From: Eledone cirrhosa
Taxonomy: Eukaryota
Assembly (NCBI GenBank): GCA_964016885.1
Contig: OZ024742.1
Coordinates: 216,008,001 to 216,072,000, forward strand
DNA length: 64,000 nt
Reading direction: 5' to 3'
The translations under genes were made by a program, and so were the position numbers. Positions 12,430-27,267 of this stretch are shown one piece after another (positions within the stretch are counted from its first letter, which is position 1; every line of letters begins with the position of its first letter). Below the pieces are notes generated by a model. The model saw only the letters and a program-made list of their open reading frames with translations, was not told the origin of the DNA and ran no database searches.

Positions 12430-14150
12430 TGTTATATAGGAAACACTAACATCATAAAAACGGCTTGAAGATTCGCCTAATGTATTTTTGCTTGTAAATA
12501 CAATTCACATGATACAATGAAAATAAATTGATACAAAATATTATATTTATATTTAAAGGGCATTTTCAGAAAGAATCATGGTAATCAATTGGGGCGGTTT
12601 CAATTAAGAAGACACTCCTCAATCAATATTCCACACGATTACTAACTAGACTGAATTTCATGTGGGCTACCAGACCATATTGATAGAAAACTATAGATGG
12701 TATCCAGTCTATTTTATGAAGAAACAATTTCTTCGTTTTCGTTGAAACATCCTACTGAGAAATGTATGGAAAAGGCATGCGAACAAATTGGGAAAATATA
12801 TACTTGAATAATCCACACAGATTTAAGGGAATTCATTCAGCTGTTGTATGAAAGAAAACTGGGGATGACTGAGTTATTTTGGGGATGGAAAATCACGATG
12901 ACCGTAACAATTTTCGAACTCCTTTCAATAATGTAAAAATCCAGCGTTCAGTACACTACAGAGTCCAGTACTGAAAAACGACCCCTTCCTCAGTATCTAA
13001 ACTATAATAAAGGGAGGAGTGCGGGAGAGCGTCCAGAATATATTCTTTTATTCCGTTTGTAAAATAAGTTGGATTACTTTGAATAAATAATGAATGAATA
13101 CTACATAATTTATCATTTTAATTTCGTTATTCTTGATTAAATATAAATAATTTTGTCGCTTATTTTAAGATTCACTTCTTTAAAATGTTCAAAAGTCAAC
13201 ACTTCCGGTTAGCGATCACTCAAATAAACGGTCATATATTTCCGTCAATGGCTTACATTACTGATTACATATGACAGTGTAACGCATTCTTCGTTCAATT
13301 TCTGTGTATAATGTCAATTACGATTTTATTTGATGTATCATATCTACATATATATATATATACTTGCGTATAATATCAATACGGACACTGCACAGGCTAG
13401 TAGAAAACCACCCGAAGGGTGGGTTTTCTGCTAGTACTAATAAAAACACAAAATTTGTAATTGATATATATATTTCAAGATTCCGAACTACCGAATATAG
13501 TTCTTTTTTCATCATCTCAATCACAATATATATGGACCACCATCCAATTCAACTTATCTAAGCGGATTTGCAGTATTGTCTGAAATCCAACTGAAGGGAA
13601 TATCCTCAGAATTTAATGAGACATTGTATTTAGAAAATAGGAAAAACTCAGAAAAAATATATCTTCTAGCTTTTAACCTCAAAAACACCGGAATATATAC
13701 ACACATTTACTAAGGGACTAAAATAGGAGACATGTCCTCTAGAAATATCCGATCATAAAAAGTAATACATGTGAATTCACTGAGAATATATGATATAAAT
13801 TTTAAATGCATTCGACCAAGATGTTGCGTATGAAGCTACGATTGAGTAGATCCCGAAATTCCCTTCTAAGAATAGCCTATTTCCAAATTAGAAGCACATT
13901 TTCTTTAAACTCACATATTATATTGTAGATTAATAAAACATCAGCTAAGTGGGGAACCGTACTCAGGAAATAAAAACACAGCCACAATCTATGGAAATTC
14001 GAAAAGGACGAGCCTTGCCATATTCCAATGTTTTATACACATATTGCGATTTATCAAGTGGGAAACAACGTATCCGTAACGGAAAATATTTTATTACCAA
14101 ATACTAATGACTTTTACTTTAGTAAAAAAAAAAGGCTTCACTCAATCTGT
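12430..14150 (+). mobile_element. Highly decayed Penelope-like RT relic interrupted by a Helitron
   Basis: QYTTESSTEKRP/FL.|ILI across the Helitron (cf. PLE FTME..LPFLD) and TTIQFNLSKRICSIV at ~13537-13580 (cf. IPFNLARRICTIV). Confidence 0.6.
12996..13434 (+). mobile_element. Non-autonomous Helitron
   Basis: Starts A|TCTAAACTATAATAAAGGG. Ends with hairpin CACCC-GAA-GGGTG, 9 nt, then CTAG|T. Inserted at an AT dinucleotide with no TSD; removing it rejoins the PLE motif. Confidence 0.8.
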
Positions 14151-15060
14151 CCGTATTAAATCAACGATGCATCTTTTTTCATAACAACAAGTAAATTCAG
14201 GGATATAACCATTTGAATCCTATGTTTTAAAAAGTCATAAGCAGCGCACGTGTTAAGGAATACACAACAGCTGAACATGCTGAACAGCAAACATGACAAT
14301 AATACTTTCAAACTACGGGTGGAAATATAAATTCGATAACCCATGTTCACCTTCTGTAAAGCCCATTAAAAAATCTATAAATTATATTCCATGAAATTGT
14401 TTATTATAGTTGTCCATGTGCATGTAAACATATAGAGTCTATTAGATGGATATTAAATTAATTATTTTACGGGCGGTGGATTGGCAGTATCGGTAGAGGG
14501 TCGGATGCCATGGTTTCCAGCATAGTTACGTCCCTTTACGATCTTAAATTAATTACGATCTTAAATTAATTATTTTAGAATATATATATGTGTGTGTGTG
14601 TGCTAGTCATAAACCGAAGTTGTAGCATATATATATTTTATATATTTATATACGCGTATGTATACACAATTCGAATAGATATTGTCTGTACAGGTAATGA
14701 AATTGTGTATACATTTTTGAGGAAACCCTGTATATATATATATATATATATATAGCACTAATAAAGAGAGAATATTAGAAGGAGGTGATTAACAATCCCC
14801 TTAGAGGGATTTTTTCTATATAATAGAAAACACACGGCTAACATGCTTTACATGAATTTGGTGAGTATATTCTTGCAAATTTACCATCACCAACATATGA
14901 TATTTACAGAACGTTCATAGAACGCTTCTAAATAATCATTATCGACCATTATCCTATTTGTGTTACAATCTATATCATTTTCTTCGCACAATAGACACAC
15001 AATTCAAATTATTCCATTAAATCTCTCCAGAAATAAATGAAGTATTCACTACAAGCTTAT
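14150..15060 (+). pseudogene. Decayed LRR-coding segment, containing a partial SINE at 14470-14545
   Basis: INDASFF (14160), INNPL (~14788), MNLVSIFLQ (14852), SSHNR (~14981). Confidence 0.35.
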
Positions 15061-15148
15061 AAATATGGTGGTACACACACACAAAACAAACTCACACACA
15101 TACACACACACACACACATATATATATACACACACACACACATATATA

Positions 15149-15229
<81 letters not shown>

Positions 15230-15391
15230 TTGTGTGTGTGTATGTGTCAGAGAGAGAAAGAGAGAGAGATGATACATATATTGCCGTCACGGGCGTGATT
15301 GTAAATACCTCTATACGCACTCTGCATCGCACCATGCATCAATTACTCCTATGATTAGGGGTCTCATCTGTCTCAAGAATATATATATATA

Positions 15392-18300
15392 CGTTTAAAT
15401 TTGGTGTTTTATCACTGGGTAGAATTGGTCATTCTGCAATGTCAACCGGAACATAATAAGAGAAAAGCACTCGACGTTATGCAACTCATCCATATCTGAC
15501 GTTGTACCATGTTGGTGATGCGGGAATGGAGTAAATGTATTATAAAGTGAAATTACAGGAGGCTAACAATGTTGACTTTCCTTGATTATTTATTTCTGCC
15601 AACTCTATGCACATTTCAATGGCCAGGTTGTGTAATAATCTGGCGACATCTTCAGGCGGAAGTTGCATAATAGATGCATGCCAACGGAAAGAAGGTAAAC
15701 TTCAAGGAAATAAGCAAAGAAGAAACAAAGAAAAAAACAGAAAAGGAAGAATGAATTTATGTTTATATTTCTGACTCAGGAACGAACGAAGCAATATGTT
15801 CTTATCATTCCTCGCCATCTCTGAGTGAATTATGCTTTCTGTTAGTTTGTTAAGTGGGTAGGTGAAAATATAGCTTGCTGGGCATATTACTACTACCTCT
15901 CAATTATTACAACTTTCGGAGAGCAGGCCAGAAAGGGATGATGAACATCGTGTTACAGTCAATGGTAAGCTGCCTTGGTCAAACTAAGTTCTATATACTG
16001 ATGGAAAGTATATGACAGACGGGGGAAAATTTAGGAATATATCAAGTAGAGAAATTCAGGTTTAAATTCTTTAGAAATTAAAGCTAGGGTTAATATTAGG
16101 AATTGAAAATTAAAATCAAAAATAAAATTGAATGTTCAGAGATGTTTAAAATTTAATTAAATAAGTTTAATTAAATAAGTCCACACTGTTGGCCGGTGAA
16201 GTACCGTATATTGGACAATCACCAATTAGAAAAACCAGTTACTTTAAAGATATTAATTGTAGAGATATGTATCTCGGGTACATAATAAACATAATGTTAG
16301 TTAAGCTAAGCTAAGTCACAACCCGCTCTGGGTTCCTCTCGCAGTTCAATGTTATATTATATAATATTAGTAGTATGGTATGGCGGTTAACAACAACTGA
16401 ATGTGGCGAGACACACGCAGGGTCCACGGACTGTTCCGAGTAGTTACGGTATGCCGTAGAAAAGGGAAATTTAATTCAGTTCCAAGCACTCAAGTAGGTG
16501 GACAGACCTTGGCACTCCAGATGCAGCTACAAGGGTCCCCACCACCAGCCGGTGTCGTAATATATTCCATGTATTCCTAGTTATCCATACTAGTGAAGTT
16601 AATGCTAAAGTCGAAGAGTATCAAAACAATCTAATAAATATACATATAGTTAATGGTAAATATGCGAAAGAGTATTCAATTAATAGAAAGTATAATGTAT
16701 GTGGGACAGAATGGTAGTCATGGGAGTAAACCATATATAAATAAAATTAAAATAAAATAAAAATAAAAATGAAAATTAAATAAATAAAAATAAAGAATAA
16801 ATAATTTAAAAAATAAGATATAGGAATACAAATTAACAAATTGGGCGTAACAGATAAACAAATAAACAGTAGAGTTCAAATAACAGTAAAGCTTAGAAAC
16901 AGTGATGTTTAAAAAGTAAAAATTAAGTTTGAAAGATATATGGTTTGAGGAGTTTAGTTTGAAAAGAATAAAAGTTAAGGATATAGGAATAGAGGTGATA
17001 TCAGGTGAGATGTAGGGTATGGTTTGAGTACTACCCGTTTATATATATACCTAGAAACCGACAACTATAAAAGTAAAATCCAGTCAGTTTAAGGTATAGG
17101 ACGCCAGGAAGAGGATGGGTCATGCGGATGCTTCAAAGAACTTCTGAGGTCCTACGGAGTTTTGATTGTTCCAATTGTGGATATGTATAGATTTAGGGTG
17201 TGATCCGTATTGTGACGCAGGCTTGTTTTCGTCAGACAGAATCCTACTGGTATGGCATCAATCCCACTGCGGTTAAGGTCCTGCATCGGTGAAAAGGCCT
17301 CTGTTTACCATTACATCATAAATCGCTCAACTGGATAATGAGCGTCATTCGTTTAAATTTGGTGGTTTATCACTGGGTAGAATTGGCTATTCTACAATGT
17401 TAACCGAGACTTAATAAAGAAAAGCACCCGACGTTATGCAACTCATCCACATCTGATATTGAATCAATCTGGTGGTACGTGAACGGAGTAAATGTATTAT
17501 ATCATAAGTGAAATTAAAGGAGGCGAAAGATATTGAATTTCTTTAATTATCTATTTCTGCAAACACTATGCACATTTCAGTGGTCAGGTTGTGTAAACTC
17601 CTGGTGACATCTTCAGGTATAAATGTCATAATAGATGCATACCAACAGAAAGAAGGTAAGCTTTAAGGCAACAAGGAAAGAAAAAAAAGAAAAGAAAAAC
17701 TGTATTTATGTTTTTGTTATTAGCTCAGAGACGAACGAAGCAATATGTTCTTATCATTCCTCGCCATCTCTGAGTAAATTATGTTTACTGTTAGTTTGCT
17801 AAGCGGGTAGGGGAACGTATAGCCTGCTGGGCGGATTACTGCTATCTCTCAATTATAACAACCTTCGGACAGTAGGCCAGAGAAGGGGGTAGGAATATCG
17901 TGTTACAGACAATGATAAGCTGCCTTGGTCAAGCTTAGGTCTATACACTGACGGAAAATATGACAGTCGGGGGGTAAAAATAAAAACATATCAAGTAGAG
18001 GAATTCAGTTTAACATTCTTTAGAAGTTAAAGCTAGCGTTAGTTTTAGGAATTGAAAATTAATATCAAAATCATAATTGAATGTTCAAAGATGTTTAAAA
18101 TGTAATTAAATAAGTAGTGTCCGCATAGTTAGCCAGTGAAGTACCGTATGCTGGGCAATCACCAATTAGAAAAACCAGTTACGTTAAAGATAGTAATTAT
18201 AGAGTTGTGTAAATCGGAGACCTAATAAACAAATAACCTAATGTTAGTTAAGCTAAGGTAAGTCACAATCCGCTCTGTGTTCTTCTCGTAGTTCAATGTT

Positions 18301-18525
18301 ATATTATATAATATTAGTAGTATCGTGGTTAACAACAGCTGGTCGCCATGTCTAGTGTTGTTAACCGCCATACCATAGCACAAATATTATATAACATAAC
18401 ATTTTCTTTTTTCTTTGCTTGTTCCCTTAAAGTTTACCTCCTTTCCGTTAGTATACATCTGTTACGCAATTAACACCCGAAGATATCACCAGGCTCTTAC
18501 AAACCTGGCCACTGAAATGTAGATA

Positions 18526-18530
<5 letters not shown>
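15392..18530 (-). mobile_element. PLE-like element (family E): two ~1-kb direct repeats, each with a hammerhead, plus a terminal inverted arm
   Basis: 15392-~16398 and 17350-~18340 align throughout with many substitutions. 18356-18530 is an inverted, internally deleted copy ending at the hammerhead next to (TA)n. No long ORF. Confidence 0.75.
17563..17620 (-). ncRNA. Type-I hammerhead motif (family E). Second copy 15601-15660 (-); U4C variants at 18473-18529 and 19516-19570 (+)
   Basis: Minus strand: ATAC CTGAAGA tgtcaccagg..cctgaccact GAAA TGTGCA TA GTGT. Confidence 0.65.
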
Positions 18531-18560
<30 letters not shown>

Positions 18561-18591
18561 CATATATATATACAACTCTATATATATACAC

Positions 18592-18647
<56 letters not shown>

Positions 18648-18648
18648 G

Positions 18649-18681
<33 letters not shown>

Positions 18682-18696
18682 ATATATATATGTGTG

Positions 18697-19363
18697 TAAT
18701 AATAATAAATTTGAAGACTAAAATCCAAAGAGGGCTCGATATGGATAAATTTATATCCGATATATAAGAACCGTAGAGCAAATATTTATTAAAATAACAG
18801 ATTAAAGTTTAAGAAAAGAATCGCTGCTTTCACCCTTAACGGGATCTTCTGAAGCTAAAAATATCAATCTGTATATGGATACGTATATAGTTAATTTCAA
18901 TTACCTCTGTATTTCAGTTACTTTATTCTTAACTCTGAAGCCGAGAATCATTCGGTTTCCTAAATAGAATTTTAGTCTACGACTTCAGTTATACCATTTA
19001 CGTGGTTTTGTCTTTGCCTGTAATTGTTCTCACCGGTCCACATAATCACGCATTATCTTCGTTTTTTTTCGTTCATTGCCAGAGAATAATAGAATATTAG
19101 TCTACGACTTCATTTATACCATAAACGTGGTTTTGTCTTTGCGTGTAATTGTTTTCACCACACCAAATTATGACGTATAATATTCCTTTTTTTTTCATTC
19201 TTTGCCAGGGAACCTTTCCACGAACCAAAGTATCGTCTTCTTGTCTTCCTTTAGTTGCAACGTTTTTTGAAATATTTACTTCTGTGTTCACAGATTGACC
19301 TTTTTAGTTTCAGAAGATCCCGTTAAGGGTGAAAGCAGCGATTCTTAGCTTAAACTTTAATGT
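18697..19363 (-). mobile_element. Fold-back element (family F) with an internal ~125-bp tandem duplication
   Basis: Inverted arms ~18801-18873 and ~19290-19361. Direct repeats 18964-19088 and 19089-19212. Hammerhead-like CAGAAGA-TCCCGTTAAGGGT-GAAA with a non-canonical core. Confidence 0.55.
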
Positions 19364-19619
19364 ATAGAATGGAAAACGAAAAATCAGTGATTGTTTCCCC
19401 GGCGAACAGCTCGAGGTGCGATCAGTATGTGAATCAACCTGACTCTAGACTGGCAGGTTCATCGGACACGATTATTGATTTCGGATCATATCCTCTTAAT
19501 GGGGTTTTCCGATTTATACCCGAAGATGTCACCAGATTCTCACAAACCTGGCCACTGAAATGTACATAATAACGTTTGCAGAGAGGAAATTCAACAATTT
19601 GGCCTCCTGTTAATTCACT

Positions 19620-19776
<157 letters not shown>

Positions 19777-19829
19777 TCACATATTTACCTTTTTCTATGC
19801 ACAATTATGTTATAGCTCGTCTGAAATGA

Positions 19830-21900
19830 ACGTAATTTTCACGTAGTTTCTCACTTTTTAACATTTAAGGACATCGATAATGATTTGTTTTATCTGAGTG
19901 CTTATTGCTGACACCTTCTAAATTTACGATTGCTTACTTTGGTCTCGTCATATGAATTGTTGTTATAACCTAGACAATAATGTATGTCTTTTGTAATAGT
20001 GTGAGACTAAATAGTGTTTGCTTGAAGTATAACGTAGATTTTTATTGTTGATAGGCATCTATATCCTATATATTTCTTTAAAATCATGTTGCCAAAATAT
20101 TCCCAAACTATGAGCGGAAATTTTAATTGGATAAAATCTTTAACTCTCTGATATTGAATGCCAGATTCCTATACTTTAAATTTCACATGTCACAACAGAA
20201 TCTTAGCTAAATTATTTTAAATTAAAATATAAGAATCTATGAATGCCACACTGTGATTATATATTCGTAATATTCAGAGCTCTTTGTATCTTTCTTAGGA
20301 AATTGAGTAAACACTTTGCTTCCTTTCCTTCTCTTTGTTACCTGTTGGCAGATTCATGTACATTTTCATGTGTTGGCAATATATATCACTTGTAACTCCA
20401 TCAAAGAAATCATTCCTAATCTAATCGATTTCTTCTCTTATTTCGAGTTGATACTGTACTGGGTTGTATTTGATGTGTAATGCCTTCTTGTTAAACAGAA
20501 AGATTTAGATTTGCTCAAGAGCCTTTATATCAAACAATTATTGAAAATTGAAATTACGATATTCTCGTCGACATTTTCAGAGATTTGAAATGAAATAAAA
20601 TATCCAAAAAATGTATTATCAATATTCCAGAAATATATTTGTTCTGCACTCATCTGAGACCAAAATATCTTACAAGAAATCCTTTATATAATGTTCGCTA
20701 TGATATTCAGCGTAAAGAATCGTAATCTCTACAGCTTTATCAACATCTAAGAAAATAGATTTCCTTTTCAGAGAATTCGATACACCGATATCCTACGCTG
20801 AACAGTGATGAACTACGCACGACTTATACAAGTGTAACAAACACTTTGAAGTTGTCAGTGAACAGAACATAAATCTGAATGGAAAGGGATTACATAAAAA
20901 AGGATTATCTTAAATGCTTCCTTACTAACTTAATATCGAATGTTATATCTCATGTTCATATGTGAAGGAATGTGACCTTCAGCCATCGTATGTTATTTGA
21001 TATAGGTGTGTAAGAAATTATTTTGTTTCAGTTTAGGGCATTTATGTCCGGTTTAAAATGCATGGAATTACTTACATTGTTTTGACTGGAAGTAATATAA
21101 TTATGATGAGGACGTGTAGTCTTGAACCAAACAAGTAACAATGTTCAATTCAGATAATCTTTTTAAACTAAATCAGTTAAAAATCAATATACCTCACATA
21201 TGTAGATATCCAAGAAAGTATTCAATTAAAGGAAATAAAAATAATTGATTTTGATAACAGCTGCTTATAATGTTTTAAACGACACAATCCCCGACCTCAT
21301 TCGCTTACCGAGTGGGTGAGACTTGTCAAATCGGAACAAGGATTGAGTATTTCCATTGGTCTTTCCATTGCGGATACTATCCACCGGTCACAACTCCTGG
21401 CAGAAGGAGCAACATGAAATAATCTCTCTTGTTGAATGACGTAATGCATCACCCGATGCATTGAACATGAGAGCATTAATTTGACCGAATAAATAAATAT
21501 TATTTGGTATCTCTAAATAGTGGATGGTAAGCAATATAAAGTTTGATACGGGAGATACTTTTAGGTTACGAAACCATTAAATAAATCTTGGTTTTTGGCC
21601 GTTTATCGTAAGATTTATATTTTTTTTCAAATAATATTTTAAGACGAATAACTTAAATGAAGTTTATGACTAGAGAACGGCAGTTCATTTTTAGCTTCTG
21701 TGCGGATATTTTTATTTTTTAAGTTGCTATTCCACTATTATAAAAGCTTCATTATCAGGAGCGGATTTAGATTAGATTTCCTTCTGTTGGTCTAATGCTA
21801 TTAATTAATTGCGTACAAGCTTCACTCACTTCGAAGAACTTTCGCATTATGCTGGACGAATGCACATCAAATCAACAGCAAAGCCAGGTTATGGCTTTGG
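19830..21900 (+). pseudogene. Decayed LRR-coding segment, interrupted by a minus-strand SINE at ~21290-21470
   Basis: LNLRLLTL (19918), RLNSVCLKYN (~20004), IYITCNSIKEII (20379-20414), GLYLMCN (20461), HLRK/IDF..SENSIHRYP (20744-20794), TLKLSVNR (20843). Confidence 0.55.
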
Positions 21901-22274
21901 TTGTTAGTTATATCAACATAGTAAAGACTTTGATTATAACTGAAGCCAAATGGTTGTCGCAACCAATCTAGTAGGTAAAATAATAGCCGACCTAATTGGT
22001 GTTTTGTCAGGAAGCAAAAATAATGTTAATAACGATTTCGTTCGCTTTTATATAATAGTAATTTTACGTACGTAGCTGTGAAGTATAAAAAGACATACGC
22101 GTGCATAACACACATATATACACACCAACACGCGCAATTCAGAAGTATTGGCAGTTTAACATTCAAACACACACACACACACAAACACACACGTACGTAC
22201 ATGTGATGCTGAACCTATACACTTGAGTGTGGACATATACATACATAAATGATATACATGGTTGTGTCTCTATT

Positions 22275-22337
<63 letters not shown>

Positions 22338-22345
22338 GTGTATAT

Positions 22346-22377
<32 letters not shown>

Positions 22378-22402
22378 CTGTATATATATATGTATATATA
22401 TA

Positions 22403-22440
<38 letters not shown>

Positions 22441-22564
22441 ACCACAGTAAGTAAGGTACTCAATATATTTATATATATATACATGTATATATATATGTAT
22501 ATATATATCTATATATATATATATATATATATATTTATAACCACAGTAAGTAAGGTACTCAATA

Positions 22565-22615
<51 letters not shown>

Positions 22616-22850
22616 GGAATAGAATGAAACGAAATTTCATTTCTCACTCTTAGTACAGCAGTTGCTTAAATGTAAGTAAGTATGTATGTATACGTACATA
22701 CATATATGTTTACAAACAAACCGAACATTATAATAAATGTTCGGTAAACCGATACCTGCACATATATATGTGTGCATGTATGTATATATAGACATACTAC
22801 TGTACGTCTGTATAATATATGTATGTACGTATACATACATACATACTTAC

Positions 22851-22932
<82 letters not shown>

Positions 22933-22950
22933 TTATATATACAATTATAA

Positions 22951-23031
<81 letters not shown>

Positions 23032-23063
23032 CATTTATATATATATATATATATATATACATT

Positions 23064-23166
<103 letters not shown>

Positions 23167-23789
23167 TATATATATATACAATCATACATCTAATTCACTG
23201 GTTCAAACTAATTGTCTACGTAATGAGATGTTGTTTGTAGACTGAACTGTCACAATGTAGCAAGGTTTATATGGGGATTAGGGAGTATTAGTAGCTAGAA
23301 TTGGTTTTCCGGAATTGTAAACGAATGCAATTAATATACAGAAATGCTGAAATAGAACAATTTACAGTCTTTCTAATAGGAAAAGACGACCCGATGAAGG
23401 AGTCGTTAGATAGACACTCGATGTAGTAGTAATATCAGCAAACTTCCTATATATGGCCACCAAAGTGTCACAAAGGAACTCATCTTCAACATACTTATTG
23501 CTTTAATTGACGTTTTGCTATCATGCTCACAGAATGTAGATATATTTATTTTTTATACGTGTGAAATGTCAGAGACTGAATCATTTGCGAGTCGGACAAA
23601 AACTTGAAATTTCACAATCCGTCACGCTCATATTTGCCTTTTTATTTATTAGAGATCGTTAAGGGGATTATTGGTATGTTTAGGGCATCATATGAAATGG
23701 CTTGCGGTAATTGTTTTGGACTTTTCCATTCTGATTTCAATTCCAGCTCTGACATATTTGAATACTATATTTAATCCGTCGTTTGAGTA

Positions 23790-23906
23790 TGGAGTAAAAG
23801 GGGTCGATATGGGGCTCCTGCTAAGGATCTTTGGCGCAAATATATGAGGATCGGGGAATCGCACCAGGTAGAGCCGCTACATCCTAGAATTAAGAAGTCA
23901 GTGCTC

Positions 23907-23937
<31 letters not shown>

Positions 23938-23975
23938 AAGAAGAAGAAGAAGAAGAAGAAGAAGAAGAAGAAGAA
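23790..23975 (+). mobile_element. Probable LINE 3' end with an (AAG)n tail
   Basis: GC-richer segment ending directly in (AAG)15-16. Confidence 0.4.
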
Positions 23976-25102
23976 ATCATTTTTTCGCATCGTATTCAGC
24001 AGAATTAAATCAACTTCATAATAACTTTCCATCATTGTATTTATGGCTCTAGTTAAAATTATAGGATTAACAATATGAATAAAAATATAGTCAATGACCC
24101 CTGCTAGGGATGGAAAACAATTCAATTTTAATTGATTCCGCTATTGATAATATTGCTTTTACATTCTACATGAGCTGATGAAATGCGGTACATACCACAA
24201 CCGGTAAAATGTGTGACAAAATATGTGATGCAGTACTTAGTACCTTCCATTTATGTTAGCTGTGTCTTCAAATATTCTTCAATTTAAATGTATTTCGTCA
24301 TTGCAGAAATGCTGTTCGCAAATATGGACTTACATATATATATATATATATATAAATTTGGCCGTTTTTGAAGCCTCAACAATGCAGATGGGTAAATCTC
24401 AGGATAACAGGATCCGGTGATGAAGAGAGAGATGCAAGAGGAAATGTAGAGGAACGTAGGAAAGAACGTAAAAAATAAAAATAATAACACGAGATAGAGT
24501 TACCTTGGGAGAGATTTAATTGTCCTTATATTTCGGATTTCGCATCCATCAACTGAGGGGGGGGGGATAGTTATCCGTCGGAGAGGAACGGTGCGTTGCC
24601 TCTGTTGTCCGCGGTTTATGTGTAACTGAGATATTCTGTAGAGCGCACAAGCGCGCGGAATAGGTCCGGTCAAGAAAAAGTCGAGGCACTTTTTATTGTG
24701 GGAGTGGGATGGTGCTAGCTGTCAATCCAGTGTACTACCTATATACAGTCTTTGTTACTGGCAGTGCTGGTAGTCTGTCTTGTCGCGTGTGGTCTGTGGG
24801 GGCGCTATACATACAATAACAATCGTTCGAATACCACTGTGTGTGTGTGTGTGTGTGCGTTGTTGTCTCGTTTGTTTACACCAGCCACCTCGTCTCGCTT
24901 CTCTCGGATCGATTATTTATTTGTGGTCCTAGGCGTTTGATCCAAAGTGCTTCCTTGATTCGTAACGTGCCGACGTTGCGTTCTGTGACAATGGGCTGTC
25001 CGTCTTTCTTTCCGCATTTGTTTATGTATTTCCGGAAAGACGAGCCCCTAGTGTTGATGTGCTCCTTGATCCGGATATGTAGCGCATCGAACAGTTTCTG
25101 AG

Positions 25103-25622
<520 letters not shown>

Positions 25623-25624
<2 letters not shown>

Positions 25625-26307
25625 CGTTTCTGAATTTGTTTAGCAAGATTCTTTATCTGAAATCGCGTGTTGAAACCGATATTGTTATACTTTGGGAGGG
25701 TCATGTTGCTAAGATAGAACACAGGGGTAGATTAGAGAACATAGAAATAAAAATAGAATCCACACACAGAAAAGACGCAATGTTTAGGCAGATTACAGAG
25801 GCAGTAAGCATAAAAGAATTGAAACCAAAATTAAATAGAAAATATGAGTGGAACAGCAACATCACAACTTACAATTAAGGACAAAATGAAAACACACACA
25901 GGACAAAATGAAAACACACACACACATAGAACAAACAACCAACCAACAATAAATAAATAAATAAATAAACAAATACATAAATGAACACAAACACACACAG
26001 ACACCCGGATGTGGCGCATGCGCAAACTGAGCACACAACACACACACAGAAACAAAATGGCGTAGGATAGAAGAAAGGAAAGGCACAGAAACAAAGGAAA
26101 GGAATCCCCAGTCACTGAAGAGGTCACAGAGTGTGTGACGAAAGGACTATGACTATATATAAACAACTATCTGGTTGTGGAACCAACCAACCAACCAGAA
26201 ATTTATAAGTTTGTAAATTTGTAAATTTATAAATATATAATAATAAATTGAAGTGAAAGCGACTGGTGCGTGTGTTTCTTATTGGCAACATGACCCTCCC
26301 AAAGTAT

Positions 26308-26315
<8 letters not shown>
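25623..26315. mobile_element. Family-A PLE insertion: 3' terminal piece (-) plus an inverted GIY-YIG C-terminus, UTR and hammerhead (+)
   Basis: 25623-25709 matches 2113-2199. 25710-25878 encodes EHRGRLENIEIKI..HRKDAMFRQITEAVSIKELKPKLNRKYEW. Hammerhead at 26110-26154. Confidence 0.88.
26110..26154 (+). ncRNA. Type-I hammerhead ribozyme motif (family A)
   Basis: AGTCA CTGAAGA g GTCACA gagtg TGTGAC GAAA ggac TA TGACT. Confidence 0.8.
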
Positions 26316-26349
<34 letters not shown>

Positions 26350-26528
26350 AAATATATATATATATGAAAGCACATGCCTTAGGGGTCAGAGCATTGGGCT
26401 TGATATCAGGAGGTTGTTTGGTGTATGCTTGGACCTGCTGATCTTCCACGAAAATCCTTGCCCGGATTTGTGCCAGGGAGGATAAATTTCTATTTGCAAA
26501 TGCCATGGTCATTTGTGACCAAAGGGTG

Positions 26529-26623
<95 letters not shown>

Positions 26624-26709
26624 AATTAATGTGTCCATCACTTATCGATTACGACGAAGCAGAAATCGTTATCAACCGAGATGGTTTAATAGTAATACTA
26701 ATAATGATG

Positions 26710-26903
26710 ATAATTGTTTCTACTTTTGGCACAAGGCCAGCAATAACCCTCTGCATTACTGGTACTTTATTTTATCAACCCCGTAAGGATGAAAGGCAAA
26801 GTTAACCTCGTCGGGATTTGAACTCAGATCATAAAGGGACGTAATTCTATGCTGCAAAGCATGATGTGCGACTCTCTACCGATACTGCCAATCCACCGGC
26901 CGT
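26710..26903 (-). mobile_element. Dominant SINE
   Basis: Reverse complement of 6734-6923. Confidence 0.9.
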
Positions 26904-27267
26904 AAATGATGATAATGTAAACAAAATTTGCATAAAGTCAAGGTGATAGTCAACCCGAGTGCCTTCATAATCTTGTTGGATATCTGTGCTGCAATTGTTT
27001 GACTGTTTTAATTATCTCACTGATACATGTTACCACTTTAAAGAAGTCACGTTTCATCAAGTATACTATATGTTCATGATTCGAAACATTTGAACAGTTA
27101 CGAACACTAGCAGCGTTTGTTTCCTAAAACGATGAGTGGTTAATATGGAAATTGCATTAGATAACTAATTAGATTATTAAATGTGACTTATATTTAAAAA
27201 CACAAGTTCTATGAAGATACGTAACCGATCTCTCAGATTCTCAGCGCTGAGGATATAAAGTTAATAT

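Noticed and set aside
15392-18340. LTR retrotransposon or TRIM
   Set aside because: No TG..CA ends, PBS, PPT or TSD seen. Hammerheads and the inverted terminal arm point to PLE-type pLTRs.
24380-25100. Solo LTR or promoter in a GC-richer island (similar islands at 38288-38770, 51590-52270, 54195-54530)
   Set aside because: Single copies with no demonstrable termini or TSD; they cannot be classified from this window.
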